A DNA stretch of 64,000 nucleotides from positions 68,891-132,890 of the forward strand of contig NZ_CALSAN010000010.1 of assembly GCF_943372915.1 (NCBI RefSeq). The letters run 5' to 3'. A program made the position numbers and the translations under genes. This document shows, piece by piece, positions 38,658 through 48,529 of this stretch. The notes below the pieces were generated by a model. That model saw only the letters and a program-made list of their open reading frames with translations, was not told the origin of the DNA and did not search any database. Positions within the stretch are counted from its first letter, which is position 1, and each line of letters opens with the position of its first letter. Origin of the DNA: Ferrovibrio terrae. Its GTDB lineage: Bacteria; Pseudomonadota; Alphaproteobacteria; Ferrovibrionales; Ferrovibrionaceae.

Positions 38658-39821
38658 ATGACGACACTCAACCTGCCTGCCAGCGCCGGCAAACTGGCGC
38701 CCTATACGCTGCAGCAGCCGAAGGCCTTCCCGACTGCGAAGCCGCCGTTCAGCCGCGTGGCCTTCGCCGCCGCGCATGTGGTGGCCGATCCGCTGGCCGA
38801 GCATGATCCCTGGCTGACACCGGCGGTCGACTGGGAGCGCACCATCGCCTTCCGCCGACATCTGTGGTCGCTCGGCTTCGGCGTGGCCGAAGCCATGGAC
38901 ACCGCCCAGCGCGGCATGGGGCTCGACTGGAAGGATGCCCTGGAGCTGGTGCGCCGCTCGCTCGATGCGGCGAAAGACGTGCCAGGTGCCGTGGTGGCCT
39001 CCGGTGCCGGCACCGATCACCTGACGCCTGGACCTGATGTCACCATCGACGCGGTGATCCGCGCCTATGAGGAGCAATGCGCGGCAATCGAGAAACTCGG
39101 CGGCCGTATCATCCTGATGGCCAGCCGCGCACTTGCCGCCGTGGCGAAGTCGCCGGATGATTATATCAAGGTCTATAGCCGCATCTTGAGCCAGGTGAAG
39201 CAGCCGGTGGTGATGCACTGGCTGGGCGAGATGTTCGACCCTGCCCTGGCGGGTTACTGGGGCAATGCCGATCACATGACGGCGATGCAGACCTGTCTCG
39301 ATGTGATCAATGCCAATGCGTCCAAGGTCGATGGCATCAAGATTTCCCTGCTCGACAAGGACAAGGAAATCGTCATGCGCCGGCGCCTGCCGAAAGGTGT
39401 GCGCATGTATACCGGCGATGATTTCAACTATGCGGAGCTGATCGCCGGCGACAGCGAAGGCTATTCCGATGCGCTGCTGGGCATTTTTGATGCCATCGCC
39501 CCGGCGGCCTCGGCGGCCTTGGGCGCGCTGACGCGCAAGGATGAAAAGACCTTCCACGACATCCTGGCGCCGACCGTGCCGTTGTCGCGCCATATCTTCA
39601 AGGCGCCGACGCGGTTCTACAAAACCGGCGTGGTCTTCATGGCCTATCTGAACGGCCACCAGGATCACTTCCTGATGGTCGGCGGCCAGCAGAGTACGCG
39701 CTCGGCCCTGCACCTGGCCGAGCTGTTCCGGCTAGCTGACGCGGCCGGACTGCTCGCCAACCCGGAGCAGGCGGCGGCGCGCATGAAGGCGGTCATGGCC
39801 GTGCATGGAATTGCCGCATGA
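38658..39821 (+). CDS. DUF993 (dihydrodipicolinate-synthase-like TIM barrel)
   Basis: AAAHVVADP, GVAEAMDTAQRGMG, ASGAGTDH, HWLGEMFDP, GIKISLLD, YTGDDFNY. Confidence 0.82.
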   Translation: MTTLNLPASAGKLAPYTLQQPKAFPTAKPPFSRVAFAAAHVVADPLAEHDPWLTPAVDWERTIAFRRHLWSLGFGVAEAMDTAQRGMGLDWKDALELVRRSLDAAKDVPGAVVASGAGTDHLTPGPDVTIDAVIRAYEEQCAAIEKLGGRIILMASRALAAVAKSPDDYIKVYSRILSQVKQPVVMHWLGEMFDPALAGYWGNADHMTAMQTCLDVINANASKVDGIKISLLDKDKEIVMRRRLPKGVRMYTGDDFNYAELIAGDSEGYSDALLGIFDAIAPAASAALGALTRKDEKTFHDILAPTVPLSRHIFKAPTRFYKTGVVFMAYLNGHQDHFLMVGGQQSTRSALHLAELFRLADAAGLLANPEQAAARMKAVMAVHGIAA

Positions 39822-40654
39822 AAAAGCCGGGCCCCCTGTCACTCAACACCGCCACGGTGAAGGAGCAGTGGTCGCTGCAGCAATGCATCGAAGGCTGCGC
39901 CCGTCACGACATCACCGGCATCTCGCCCTGGCGTGACAAGCTGGCGGACTACACCACGGCCAAGGCGGCGAAGCATATCCGCGATGTCGGCCTCACCGTC
40001 ACCGGCTTGTGCCGCGGCGGCATGTTCCCGGCCGCCGATGCCGCCGGCCGGCAGGCTGCCATTGATGACAACAAGCGCGCCATCGACGATGCGGCGGCCC
40101 TGAATGCCCAATGCCTGGTGCTGGTGGTCGGCGGCATGCCAGCCGGCTCGCGCGACCTGGCCGGAGCGCGGAACCAGGTGCAGGACGGTATCGCCGCCGT
40201 GCTGGAGCATGCCAAAGCCGCGAAGGTGCCGCTCGCCATCGAGCCGCTGCACCCGATGTATGCCGCCGACCGCGCCTGTGTGAACACGCTGGCCCAGGCG
40301 CTCGACATCTGCGATGCACTGGGCAGCGGTGCGAATGACCGCCATCTCGGCGTTGCCGTCGATGTCTATCATGTCTGGTGGGATCCCCAGTTGGCGGCAC
40401 AGATCAAACGGGCCAGCAAGCGCGTGCTCGCCTTCCATGTCTGTGACTGGCTGGTGCCGACCACCGACCTGTTGCTGGATCGCGGCATGATGGGTGATGG
40501 CGTGATCGACATCCCGGCGATCCGGGCCATGGTGGAAGGCGTCGGCTATGACGGCTTCTGCGAGGTCGAGATCATGTCGACCCATAACTGGTGGAAAAAG
40601 GATGCCGATACCGTGCTGCGCACCTGCATAGAGCGGCATGCGACGGTGGTGTGA
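39818..40654 (+). CDS. Sugar phosphate isomerase/epimerase family (TIM barrel)
   Basis: GLCRGG, AIEPLHP, VDVYHVWWD, FHVCDW, DRGMMGDG, EVEI. Confidence 0.87.
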   Translation: MKKPGPLSLNTATVKEQWSLQQCIEGCARHDITGISPWRDKLADYTTAKAAKHIRDVGLTVTGLCRGGMFPAADAAGRQAAIDDNKRAIDDAAALNAQCLVLVVGGMPAGSRDLAGARNQVQDGIAAVLEHAKAAKVPLAIEPLHPMYAADRACVNTLAQALDICDALGSGANDRHLGVAVDVYHVWWDPQLAAQIKRASKRVLAFHVCDWLVPTTDLLLDRGMMGDGVIDIPAIRAMVEGVGYDGFCEVEIMSTHNWWKKDADTVLRTCIERHATVV

Positions 40655-40708
40655 CAGCGATCTTTGCCGTTGTGGCGGTGGATAACTCCGGCCATGCCTT
40701 GATTTGCC

Positions 40709-40745
40709 GACGGGGCCCCTCAAAGATGGCGGGGCCTCGTCTTTT
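40709..40745 (+). terminator. Probable terminator of the catabolic operon
   Basis: GACGGGGCCC..GGGCCTCGTC followed by TTTT. Confidence 0.5.
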
Positions 40746-40759
40746 ATCCCCGGTCCGCC

Positions 40760-41314
40760 ATGTTTCATGCCTCGCCGCTCGCCGTTCCCGGTCTTCTGCT
40801 GATCCGCCCCGACACCGTGATGGACCAGCAGGGCTGGACCAGCGCCGTCTATAATGAAGCCGCGCTCGGCGCGCTGGGCGTGCATGACCGCTTCGTCGAC
40901 GACCGCATCATCTATGCCGACAAGGCCGGCAATGTGCGCGGCCTGCGCTATCAGCTGGCGCCGGCCAGCCAGGCCACCCTGCTGCGCGTGCTGCATGGCC
41001 GGCTGTTCATCGCCGCGGTCGATGTGCGGCGCGGCTCATCCACCTTCGGCCGGGTCGGCACGGCGACGATCAGCTATATGGGCAGCGAACAGTTCTATGC
41101 CATGCCGGGCTTCGCGGTCGGCTGGTGCAGCCTGGATGCCGCTACACAGATCCTGGTCAAGACCAGCGCCGATGTGAATCCCGATCTGGCGCGCGGCATT
41201 GCCTGGAACGACCCGGCGCTCAAGATCGACTGGCCGGTGAAATCCGGCGAGGCCGAGGTGATGATCGCCGATACCGACCAGCCCATGCTGGCGGGACAGC
41301 AAGACCTGCTGTGA
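40760..41314 (+). CDS. RmlC-like cupin (dTDP-4-dehydrorhamnose 3,5-epimerase fold) with catalytic residues substituted
   Basis: RGLRYQ, AVDVRRGSSTFG, PGFAVGW, GIAWNDPALKIDWP match the RmlC frame, but the His/Lys/Tyr catalytic positions are changed. Confidence 0.8.
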   Translation: MFHASPLAVPGLLLIRPDTVMDQQGWTSAVYNEAALGALGVHDRFVDDRIIYADKAGNVRGLRYQLAPASQATLLRVLHGRLFIAAVDVRRGSSTFGRVGTATISYMGSEQFYAMPGFAVGWCSLDAATQILVKTSADVNPDLARGIAWNDPALKIDWPVKSGEAEVMIADTDQPMLAGQQDLL

Positions 41315-42162
41315 TGACGCCGGCGCCGGCGTCCCGGCTGCAGCGGGCCGATGGCGCTCTGCAGCTGCGCTTTGCCGCCGGTGACGGCGTCGCCACACGG
41401 CTGACCGATCTCTATCAGTCCGATCCCTGCCGTGCCCTGCTGCCGGCGCCCGATCCGGGCGAGCCGCTGACGGCGGTGCTGATCACTACGGCCGGCGGCC
41501 TCACCGGTGGCGACCGGCTACAGTTGTCCGTGGCCGTCGAGGCCGGCGCCGATGCGCTCTGCACGCCGCAAGCCGCGGAAAAAATCTACCGCTCGGCCGA
41601 TGCCGGCGCCGCGACGATCGAACTGGCCCTGACGGTGGGGGTGGGTGCGGCGCTGGAATGGCTGCCGCAGGAGATGATCCTGTTCGACGGCGCCCGGCTC
41701 GACCGGCGCGTGACCATGGCCGTGGCAGAGGATGCACGGCTGCTGGCGGGTGACATCACCGTGTTCGGCCGCACCGCGCGCGGCGAGCGTTTTGCCAGTG
41801 GCAGCCTGTTCGACCGCTGGCAGGTGCGCCGTGACGGCCGTCTGGTCTGGACCGATGCTGCGCGCCTGGATGGTGAAACCACCGCCCTGCTCGATCATCC
41901 CGCCGGCTTTGCCGGGGCGGTGGCCCAGGCACTGCTCCTCTACCAGGCGCCGGACGCAGCAGCGGCGCGCGATCGCCTGCGGGGTCTGGAAATAGACGAA
42001 CCCGGATGTCACTGGGGCGGCAGTGTGATCGACGGTCTGCTGCTGGTCCGCCTGCTCGACAGCGACGCCGCCCGCCTGCGTCGGGTTTTCGCCCGGCTGT
42101 GGTCCAGCCTGCGCCCGGGGCTCGGCCGCAGGCCGGCGATGCCCCGGCTGTGGAAATTCTGA
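41314..42162 (+). CDS. ureD: Urease accessory protein UreD
   Basis: TTAGGLTGGD, TPQAAEKIYR, LEWLPQEMILF, PRLWKF; TGATG overlap with the upstream gene. Confidence 0.9.
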   Translation: MTPAPASRLQRADGALQLRFAAGDGVATRLTDLYQSDPCRALLPAPDPGEPLTAVLITTAGGLTGGDRLQLSVAVEAGADALCTPQAAEKIYRSADAGAATIELALTVGVGAALEWLPQEMILFDGARLDRRVTMAVAEDARLLAGDITVFGRTARGERFASGSLFDRWQVRRDGRLVWTDAARLDGETTALLDHPAGFAGAVAQALLLYQAPDAAAARDRLRGLEIDEPGCHWGGSVIDGLLLVRLLDSDAARLRRVFARLWSSLRPGLGRRPAMPRLWKF

Positions 42163-42230
42163 CTCTCTTTGAGTCATCCAAAACCGGTTTCTGCTCGTAT
42201 TTTGCTCCTTGCACTTTTTTCAGGAGCCTA

Positions 42231-42247
42231 TGCTTAAAAAATAAGCA
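42231..42247. promoter_or_regulatory. NtrC-like enhancer site
   Basis: TGCTT-aaaaaat-AAGCA, a 17-bp palindrome about 135 bp upstream of the sigma54 promoter. Confidence 0.5.
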
Positions 42248-42380
42248 AAGGCTCGCCATGATTGTTCGTCGCCGGAGCTTTGAATCGCGACGGTGGCAGA
42301 GCGCCAGGTTTGTCATATTGCGGCGCGGAATCAGCGAATTAAGCGCGGTATTGCCCCATGCCGGAAGGACATGGGCGGCT

Positions 42381-42395
42381 TGGCACACTCCTTGC
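42381..42395 (+). promoter_or_regulatory. Sigma54 (-24/-12) promoter of urtA
   Basis: TGGCAC-actcc-TTGC, exact consensus spacing. Confidence 0.85.
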
Positions 42396-42454
42396 CATTC
42401 CAATCTCGTATGGCCGGCCCGGGGGGGCATGGCCCAAGCAGGAGAGGAATTCCA

Positions 42455-43741
42455 ATGAGCAAGTTTATGCGGACGATGGCCGCGGCAGGCGCCATGCTGG
42501 GCGCCATCGCCGCCGGTGGCGCACAGGCTCAGGACACGATCAAGGTCGGCGTCCTGCATTCGCTGTCAGGCACCATGGCGATCTCGGAGACGACCCTGAA
42601 GGACACCGTCCTGATGATGGTCGACGACATCAACAAGAAGGGTGGTCTGCTCGGCAAGAAGGTCGAGGCGGTGGTGGTCGATCCGGCCTCCAACTGGCCG
42701 CTGTTCGCCGAAAAGGCGCGCGAGCTGATCTCGAAGGAAAAGGTCTCGGTCGTTTTCGGCTGCTGGACCTCGGTGTCCCGCAAGTCGGTGCTGCCGGTCT
42801 TCGAAGAACTGAACAGCATGCTGTTCTACCCCGTCCAGTATGAGGGCGAGGAAAGCTCCAAGAACGTGTTCTACACCGGCGCCGCGCCGAACCAGCAGGC
42901 GATCCCGGCGGTGGAATACCTGATGAGCAAGGATGGCGGCGAAGTGAAGCGCTGGGTCCTGGCCGGCACGGACTACGTCTATCCGCGCACCACCAACAAG
43001 ATCCTGGAAGCCTTCCTGAAAGCCAAGGGCGTCAAGCAGGAAGACATCATGATCAACTACACGCCGTTCGGTCATTCCGACTGGCAGACGATCGTGGCCG
43101 ACATCAAGAAGTTCGGCTCGGCCGGCAAGAAGACCGCCGTGGTGTCGACCATCAATGGCGACGCCAACGTGCCGTTCTACAAGGAACTGGCCAACGCGGG
43201 CATCAAGGCCTCCGATATCCCGGTGGTCGCCTTCTCGGTCGGCGAGGAAGAACTGGCCGGCATCGACACCAAGAACTTGGTCGGCCATCTGGCCGCCTGG
43301 AACTACTTCCAGTCGGTCAAGGGCCCGGTCAACGATGCCTTCATCAAGCAGTGGAAGACCTTCATCAAGGATCCGAAGCGCGTGACCAACGATCCGATGG
43401 AAGCCACCTATATCGGCTTCAAGATGTGGGCCCAGGCTGTTGCCCAGGCCGGCACCACCAACGTGGATGCCGTGCGTCAGGCGATGTATGGCCAGAAGGT
43501 CAAGGCGCCGTCGGGCTTCACCGCCGTGATGAACACCAACCACCACCTGTCCAAGCCGGTGCTGATCGGCGAAATCCGCCCGGACGGCATGTTCAACATC
43601 GTCTGGCAGACCAAGGGCCCGGTGAAGGCCGATGCCTGGTCGAAGTATATCCCGGAAAGCGCCAAGCTGACGGCCGACTGGACCTTCCCCTGGGTCTGCG
43701 GCAACTGCGAGAAGCCGAAGTATGCGGCTCTGGCCAACTAA
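42455..43741 (+). CDS. urtA: Urea ABC transporter substrate-binding protein
   Basis: HSLSGTMAISE, VVFGCWTSVSRKSVLP, YPVQYEG, GAAPNQQ, GTDYVYPRTTN. Confidence 0.95.
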   Translation: MSKFMRTMAAAGAMLGAIAAGGAQAQDTIKVGVLHSLSGTMAISETTLKDTVLMMVDDINKKGGLLGKKVEAVVVDPASNWPLFAEKARELISKEKVSVVFGCWTSVSRKSVLPVFEELNSMLFYPVQYEGEESSKNVFYTGAAPNQQAIPAVEYLMSKDGGEVKRWVLAGTDYVYPRTTNKILEAFLKAKGVKQEDIMINYTPFGHSDWQTIVADIKKFGSAGKKTAVVSTINGDANVPFYKELANAGIKASDIPVVAFSVGEEELAGIDTKNLVGHLAAWNYFQSVKGPVNDAFIKQWKTFIKDPKRVTNDPMEATYIGFKMWAQAVAQAGTTNVDAVRQAMYGQKVKAPSGFTAVMNTNHHLSKPVLIGEIRPDGMFNIVWQTKGPVKADAWSKYIPESAKLTADWTFPWVCGNCEKPKYAALAN

Positions 43742-43764
43742 TCCGTAAAGCGTAACGCATGGCA

Positions 43765-43810
43765 TCCGGCCCCTTCCTTCGCGGCATCGCCGCGTGGGAA
43801 GGGGTTTGGA
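43765..43810 (+). other. GC-rich stem-loop between urtA and urtB
   Basis: CCCCTTCC..GCGGC-atc-GCCGC..GGAAGGGG; probable mRNA-stabilising hairpin. Confidence 0.5.
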
Positions 43811-43875
43811 ACGCCCAACACTATAAAATCCGTTCCGTCATCGTCCCAAGAATCGCTCAAGCGGTCGCTGAAAAC

Positions 43876-45807
43876 ATGCAACGTTTCCTGCCTATTGTGC
43901 TGATCGCCCTGATGCTGGCGCTGGTGGCGGTCGTGCGCCCCGCTGCCGCGCAGGATCTCGCCGCTACCCTGAGCGGCCTGACCGATGCCGATCCCAAGCC
44001 GGCGATTGCAGCGCTGAGCCAGAGCGACGACGACAAAGCCAAGGCCGTGCTTGCTGCGCTCGCTGCCGGCAATCTTTATATCCGGATATCCGACAATGCG
44101 GTGGTGATCGGCGAGAAGGACGGCGAGATGATCGTCGTCACCAATGCCGCCACCGGCGATGTCGAGGACATGCTCAAGCCCGAAGAGCTGCAGGCCATCG
44201 CCGTGCCGGACGATGCCAGGTCACTGCTGGGGGCTGCCTCGACCGACACGCAGAGCGGCCCGGTCGATTTTGCTACGGCCATCGAGGGCCTGAAGGCCGA
44301 CAGCTTCGCCGACAAGGCCAAGGCCATTGCCGCGCTCACCGCGCTGGGCGATGCCCGCGCCGTGCCGGCCTTCCAGGCGCTGGCCGCCGGCCGGCTGTTC
44401 ACCCGCAAGAGCGACGGCGCCCTGGTGATCGGCGCCGCCAGCGGCAACGATGTGGCGCTCAGCAATGCCGCCACGGGCGAACCGCTTGGCATCGTCGCGC
44501 CGGGCGAAATCGACCCGCTGTTCGTCAACAACAACCTGCGCAACGTGCTGCGCGAGGCCGTCGGCCGCCTCGGCCTGGGCAGCAGCGATCCGGCCGTGCG
44601 CCGTTCGGCCGCTGCTGCGCTGCTGGAAAGTCCGGCGCCCGAAGCCGTCGCGTTGCTGCGCGAGGCTTTTGAAAAGGAACAGAATGCCGGTGTCAAATCC
44701 GTGATGGCCCTGTCGCTCGCCGCCACCGACCTCAGCGACCCCGACAAGTCCAAGCGCATCCTGGCGATCCAGACGCTCAGCGGTGCGGCCGAGCTGCGCG
44801 TGCGCTCGCTGCTGCAGGCCCGCCTGAGCCAGGAGACTGACGCGGAGGTCAAGGCCGCGCTGGTCAAGGCCTTCGACAAGATGCAGACCAAGATCACGCT
44901 GTATTCCTATGCCGAGAACTTCATCCAGGGCATCTCGCTCGGCTCGGTGCTGCTGCTGGCCGCTGTCGGCCTCGCCATCACCTTTGGCGTCATGGGCGTC
45001 ATCAACATGGCGCATGGCGAAATGATCATGCTGGGTGCCTATTCGGCCTATGTGACGCAGGAAATCTTCCGCGCCCTGCTGCCGCCCGGCTGGATCGGCG
45101 CCTATCTGCTGGCGGCACTGCCCGTCGCCTTCCTGGTGGCGGCCATCGTGGGCGTCGCCATCGAGCGCGGCATCATCCGCTTCCTCTATGGCCGGCCGCT
45201 GGAAACCATGCTGGCCACCTGGGGCGTCAGCCTCTGCCTGCAGCAGGCGGTGCGCAGCATCTTCGGTGCCACCAACAAGGAAGTCGCCAATCCGGGCTGG
45301 ATGACCGGTGCCATCGAGGTGGCCGGCGGCCTCGCGGTCACCTGGAACCGCGTCTACATCATCATCTTCTGCTTCGCCGTGCTCGGCCTGATCGCGCTGA
45401 TTCTCAAGCGCACCAGTTTCGGCCTGCATATGCGCGCGGTGACGCAGAACCGCCAGATGGCGGCGGTGATGGGCATTCCCACCGCCCGCGTCGATGCCAT
45501 GACCTTCGCGCTCGGTTCAGGGATCGCCGGCATGGCCGGGGTGGCGCTCAGCCAGATCGGCAACGTCTCGCCCAATCTCGGCACCATCTACATCGTCGAC
45601 AGCTTCCTGGTCGTCGTCTTCGGCGGCGTCGGCAGCCTGATGGGCACGCTGGTCGGCGCGCTTACGCTCGGCGTGGTCAACAAGATCCTCGAACCGGTGG
45701 CCGGCGCGGTGCTGGGCAAGGTGGTGGTGCTGGTCTGCATCATCCTCTTCATCCAGAAACGCCCGCGCGGACTGTTTGCGGCCAAGGGGAGGTCTGCCGA
45801 TGCTTGA
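43876..45807 (+). CDS. urtB: Urea ABC transporter permease with long periplasmic N-terminal region
   Basis: GLAITFGVMGVINMAHGE, RPLETMLATWG, RAVTQNR, IVDSFLVVVFGG, IQKRPRGLF. Confidence 0.92.
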   Translation: MQRFLPIVLIALMLALVAVVRPAAAQDLAATLSGLTDADPKPAIAALSQSDDDKAKAVLAALAAGNLYIRISDNAVVIGEKDGEMIVVTNAATGDVEDMLKPEELQAIAVPDDARSLLGAASTDTQSGPVDFATAIEGLKADSFADKAKAIAALTALGDARAVPAFQALAAGRLFTRKSDGALVIGAASGNDVALSNAATGEPLGIVAPGEIDPLFVNNNLRNVLREAVGRLGLGSSDPAVRRSAAAALLESPAPEAVALLREAFEKEQNAGVKSVMALSLAATDLSDPDKSKRILAIQTLSGAAELRVRSLLQARLSQETDAEVKAALVKAFDKMQTKITLYSYAENFIQGISLGSVLLLAAVGLAITFGVMGVINMAHGEMIMLGAYSAYVTQEIFRALLPPGWIGAYLLAALPVAFLVAAIVGVAIERGIIRFLYGRPLETMLATWGVSLCLQQAVRSIFGATNKEVANPGWMTGAIEVAGGLAVTWNRVYIIIFCFAVLGLIALILKRTSFGLHMRAVTQNRQMAAVMGIPTARVDAMTFALGSGIAGMAGVALSQIGNVSPNLGTIYIVDSFLVVVFGGVGSLMGTLVGALTLGVVNKILEPVAGAVLGKVVVLVCIILFIQKRPRGLFAAKGRSADA

Positions 45808-46969
45808 TCAGCTGCAGACGCTTGCCAGGCCAAAACCGCTGCTCGACCGTCGCGGCTGGGCGGTCTTCCTCGCCATCGGCTTTGTGCTGATCGTGGTGGT
45901 GCCGCTGCTCAACCTGCTGCCCGCGCGCGGCAGCATGATGCAGGTGCCGGACTACCTGATCCCGCTGCTGGGCAAATATGCCTGCTATGCCATTCTTGCG
46001 CTGGCCCTCGACCTGGTCTGGGGCTATGCGGGGATCCTCAGTCTTGGCCATGGTGCCTTCTTCGCGCTCGGCGGCTATGCCATGGGCATGTACCTGATGC
46101 GCCAGATCGGCACCCGTGGCGTCTATGGCAATCCGGTGCTGCCCGATTTCATGGTCTTCCTGAACTGGAAGGAACTGCCCTGGTACTGGATGGGCTTCGA
46201 CAGCTTCCCGTTTGCCCTGCTGATGGTGCTGCTGGCGCCCGGGCTTCTGGCGCTGGTGCTGGGCTGGTTCGCCTTCCGCAGCCGCGTCACCGGCGTCTAC
46301 ATCTCGATCGTCACCCAGGCGATGACCTTCGCCCTGCTGCTTGCCTTCTTCCGCAATGACATGGGCTTTGGCGGCAATAACGGCCTGACCGATTTCAAGG
46401 ACATCCTTGGCTTTCCGATCCAGGCGCCCAGCACCCGCATCGGCCTCTATATCGTCTCGGTCATTGTGCTTGGCCTGTGTTTCCTGCTCTGCCGCTTCGT
46501 GGTGCAGTCCAAGCTCGGCCGCGTGCTGCTGGCTGTGCGCGATGCGGAAAGCCGTGTGCGCTTCCTGGGTTATTCACCGACATCAGCCAAGCTGTTTGCC
46601 TTCGTGCTGTCGGCCTTGCTGGCCGGCATCGCCGGCGCGCTCTATGTGCCGCAGGTCGGCATCATCAATCCAAGTGAATTCTCGCCGGCCAATTCGATCG
46701 AGATCGCCATCTGGGTGGCGGTCGGTGGCCGCGGCACGCTGTATGGCGCCATCCTCGGCGGCGTGGTGATCAATCTGGTCAAAACCTGGCTCACCGGCGC
46801 AGCACCGGAACTCTGGCTCTTTGTGCTCGGCGGGCTATTCATTGCTTCAACCCTGCTGTTCCCCAAGGGCATTGTCGGACTGCTCGGGCAATGGAAAGCC
46901 TGGCGGGCAGAGAAACAGGCCTATGCGCTGAATGAAAAGGCACCCTTGAAAGAGAAGGGGGCTGAGTGA
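45800..46969 (+). CDS. urtC: Urea ABC transporter permease
   Basis: DLVWGYAGILSLGHG, GNPVLPDFM, FGGNNGLTDFK, VGGRGTL. Confidence 0.92.
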   Translation: MLDQLQTLARPKPLLDRRGWAVFLAIGFVLIVVVPLLNLLPARGSMMQVPDYLIPLLGKYACYAILALALDLVWGYAGILSLGHGAFFALGGYAMGMYLMRQIGTRGVYGNPVLPDFMVFLNWKELPWYWMGFDSFPFALLMVLLAPGLLALVLGWFAFRSRVTGVYISIVTQAMTFALLLAFFRNDMGFGGNNGLTDFKDILGFPIQAPSTRIGLYIVSVIVLGLCFLLCRFVVQSKLGRVLLAVRDAESRVRFLGYSPTSAKLFAFVLSALLAGIAGALYVPQVGIINPSEFSPANSIEIAIWVAVGGRGTLYGAILGGVVINLVKTWLTGAAPELWLFVLGGLFIASTLLFPKGIVGLLGQWKAWRAEKQAYALNEKAPLKEKGAE

Positions 46970-47793
46970 TGCGCGCGGCTACGCCACCGCCCTCGCCACT
47001 GGTCCAGCCGGCCACCGCCGGCATGTCGCCTGAGATTGTCAACAAGGTGCGTGTCTCCGACACCCAGCTTTATCTTGATGGCGTGTCGGTTGCTTTCGAT
47101 GGTTTCAAGGCGATCAACAACCTCGCGCTGATGGTCGCTCCCGGCGAACTGCGTACCATCATCGGCCCCAATGGTGCGGGCAAGACCACGATGATGGATA
47201 TCATCACCGGCAAGACGAAGCCTGACTCGGGCGAAGTGATGTTTGCCGGCCGCGTCGACCTCACCAAGCTGGATGAGGTCGAAATCGCCAATCTGGGAAT
47301 TGGCCGCAAATTCCAGAAACCCACAGTGTTCGAGAATCTCACCGTGTTCGAGAATTTCGAACTGGCGCTGAAATCCGCCCGTGGCGCCTGGAAAACCCTG
47401 CTCGGCCGGCTGAATTCCGAAGCGCTGGACCGCATCGCCTGGGCGCTGCATACGGTCGGGCTTGAGACCAAGATCCGCGATTCGGCCGGTGCGCTCAGCC
47501 ATGGCCAGAAGCAGTGGCTCGAAATCGGCATGCTGCTGGTGCAGGACACTCAGCTGATCCTGCTGGACGAGCCGGTGGCGGGCATGACCGACGCCGAAAC
47601 CAAGCAGACCGCCGAGTTGATCCTGACGCTGAAGGGCGAACGCACCCTGGTGGTGGTGGAGCACGATATGGAATTCGTGCGCGATCTCGGCGCCAAGGTC
47701 ACTGTGCTGCATGAGGGCAGCGTGCTGTCCGAAGGCACGGTCGACCATGTGCAGAACGATCCGCGCGTCATCGAAGTCTATCTGGGGCGCTGA
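46966..47793 (+). CDS. urtD: Urea ABC transporter ATP-binding protein
   Basis: GPNGAGKTT, GRKFQKP, LSHGQKQWLEIGM, DEPVAGM, EVYLGR. Confidence 0.93.
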   Translation: MMRAATPPPSPLVQPATAGMSPEIVNKVRVSDTQLYLDGVSVAFDGFKAINNLALMVAPGELRTIIGPNGAGKTTMMDIITGKTKPDSGEVMFAGRVDLTKLDEVEIANLGIGRKFQKPTVFENLTVFENFELALKSARGAWKTLLGRLNSEALDRIAWALHTVGLETKIRDSAGALSHGQKQWLEIGMLLVQDTQLILLDEPVAGMTDAETKQTAELILTLKGERTLVVVEHDMEFVRDLGAKVTVLHEGSVLSEGTVDHVQNDPRVIEVYLGR

Positions 47794-47798
47794 GAGAT

Positions 47799-48494
47799 AT
47801 GCTGCAGGCGGAAAACCTCAATCTCTATTACGGTGCCAGCCATGCCCTGCGCGATGTGGGTGTCACGGCCGCACCGGGCAAGATCACCTGCGTGCTGGGA
47901 CGCAATGGCGTCGGCAAGACCTCGCTGATGCGGGCGCTCGTCGGGCTGCAGAGCGTGCGCTCCGGCAGGATCATGTGGGAAGGCCAGGATATCATCGGGC
48001 TGAAACCGCATGAGCGGGCCCGGCGCGGCATCGCCATGGTGCCGCAGGGCCGCGAGATTTTCCCGCGTCTGACCGTCTATGAAAACCTGGAAACTGGCAT
48101 GGCGCCGTTGCCCCGGGGCGAACGCCGGATCGAGGACGAGATTTTTGCGCTGTTCCCGGTGCTGCATGAGATGCGCAACCGGCGCGGCGGCGACCTTTCG
48201 GGGGGACAGCAGCAGCAGCTGGCGATTGCGCGGGCCCTGGTCACGCGTCCCAGGCTGCTGCTGCTGGACGAACCCACCGAGGGCATCCAGCCGTCCATCA
48301 TCAAGGATATCGGCCGGGTGATCCGCGAACTGGCCAACCGGGGCACCATGGCGATTGTGCTGGTCGAGCAGTATTTCGACTTCGCCCGGGCGCTGGCCGA
48401 CAACTTCATCCTGCTGCAGCGGGGCGAGGTTGTGGTCGAAGGCGACGCTTCCCGGCTGGATGCCGACGACGTCCGCCGCTATCTTACCGTCTGA
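47799..48494 (+). CDS. urtE: Urea ABC transporter ATP-binding protein
   Basis: [39 protein letters not shown]. Confidence 0.93.
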   Translation: MLQAENLNLYYGASHALRDVGVTAAPGKITCVLGRNGVGKTSLMRALVGLQSVRSGRIMWEGQDIIGLKPHERARRGIAMVPQGREIFPRLTVYENLETGMAPLPRGERRIEDEIFALFPVLHEMRNRRGGDLSGGQQQQLAIARALVTRPRLLLLDEPTEGIQPSIIKDIGRVIRELANRGTMAIVLVEQYFDFARALADNFILLQRGEVVVEGDASRLDADDVRRYLTV

Positions 48495-48529
48495 CATTCG
48501 GTTCGTTTCAGCAGGGGAGGGGTGGCGGC

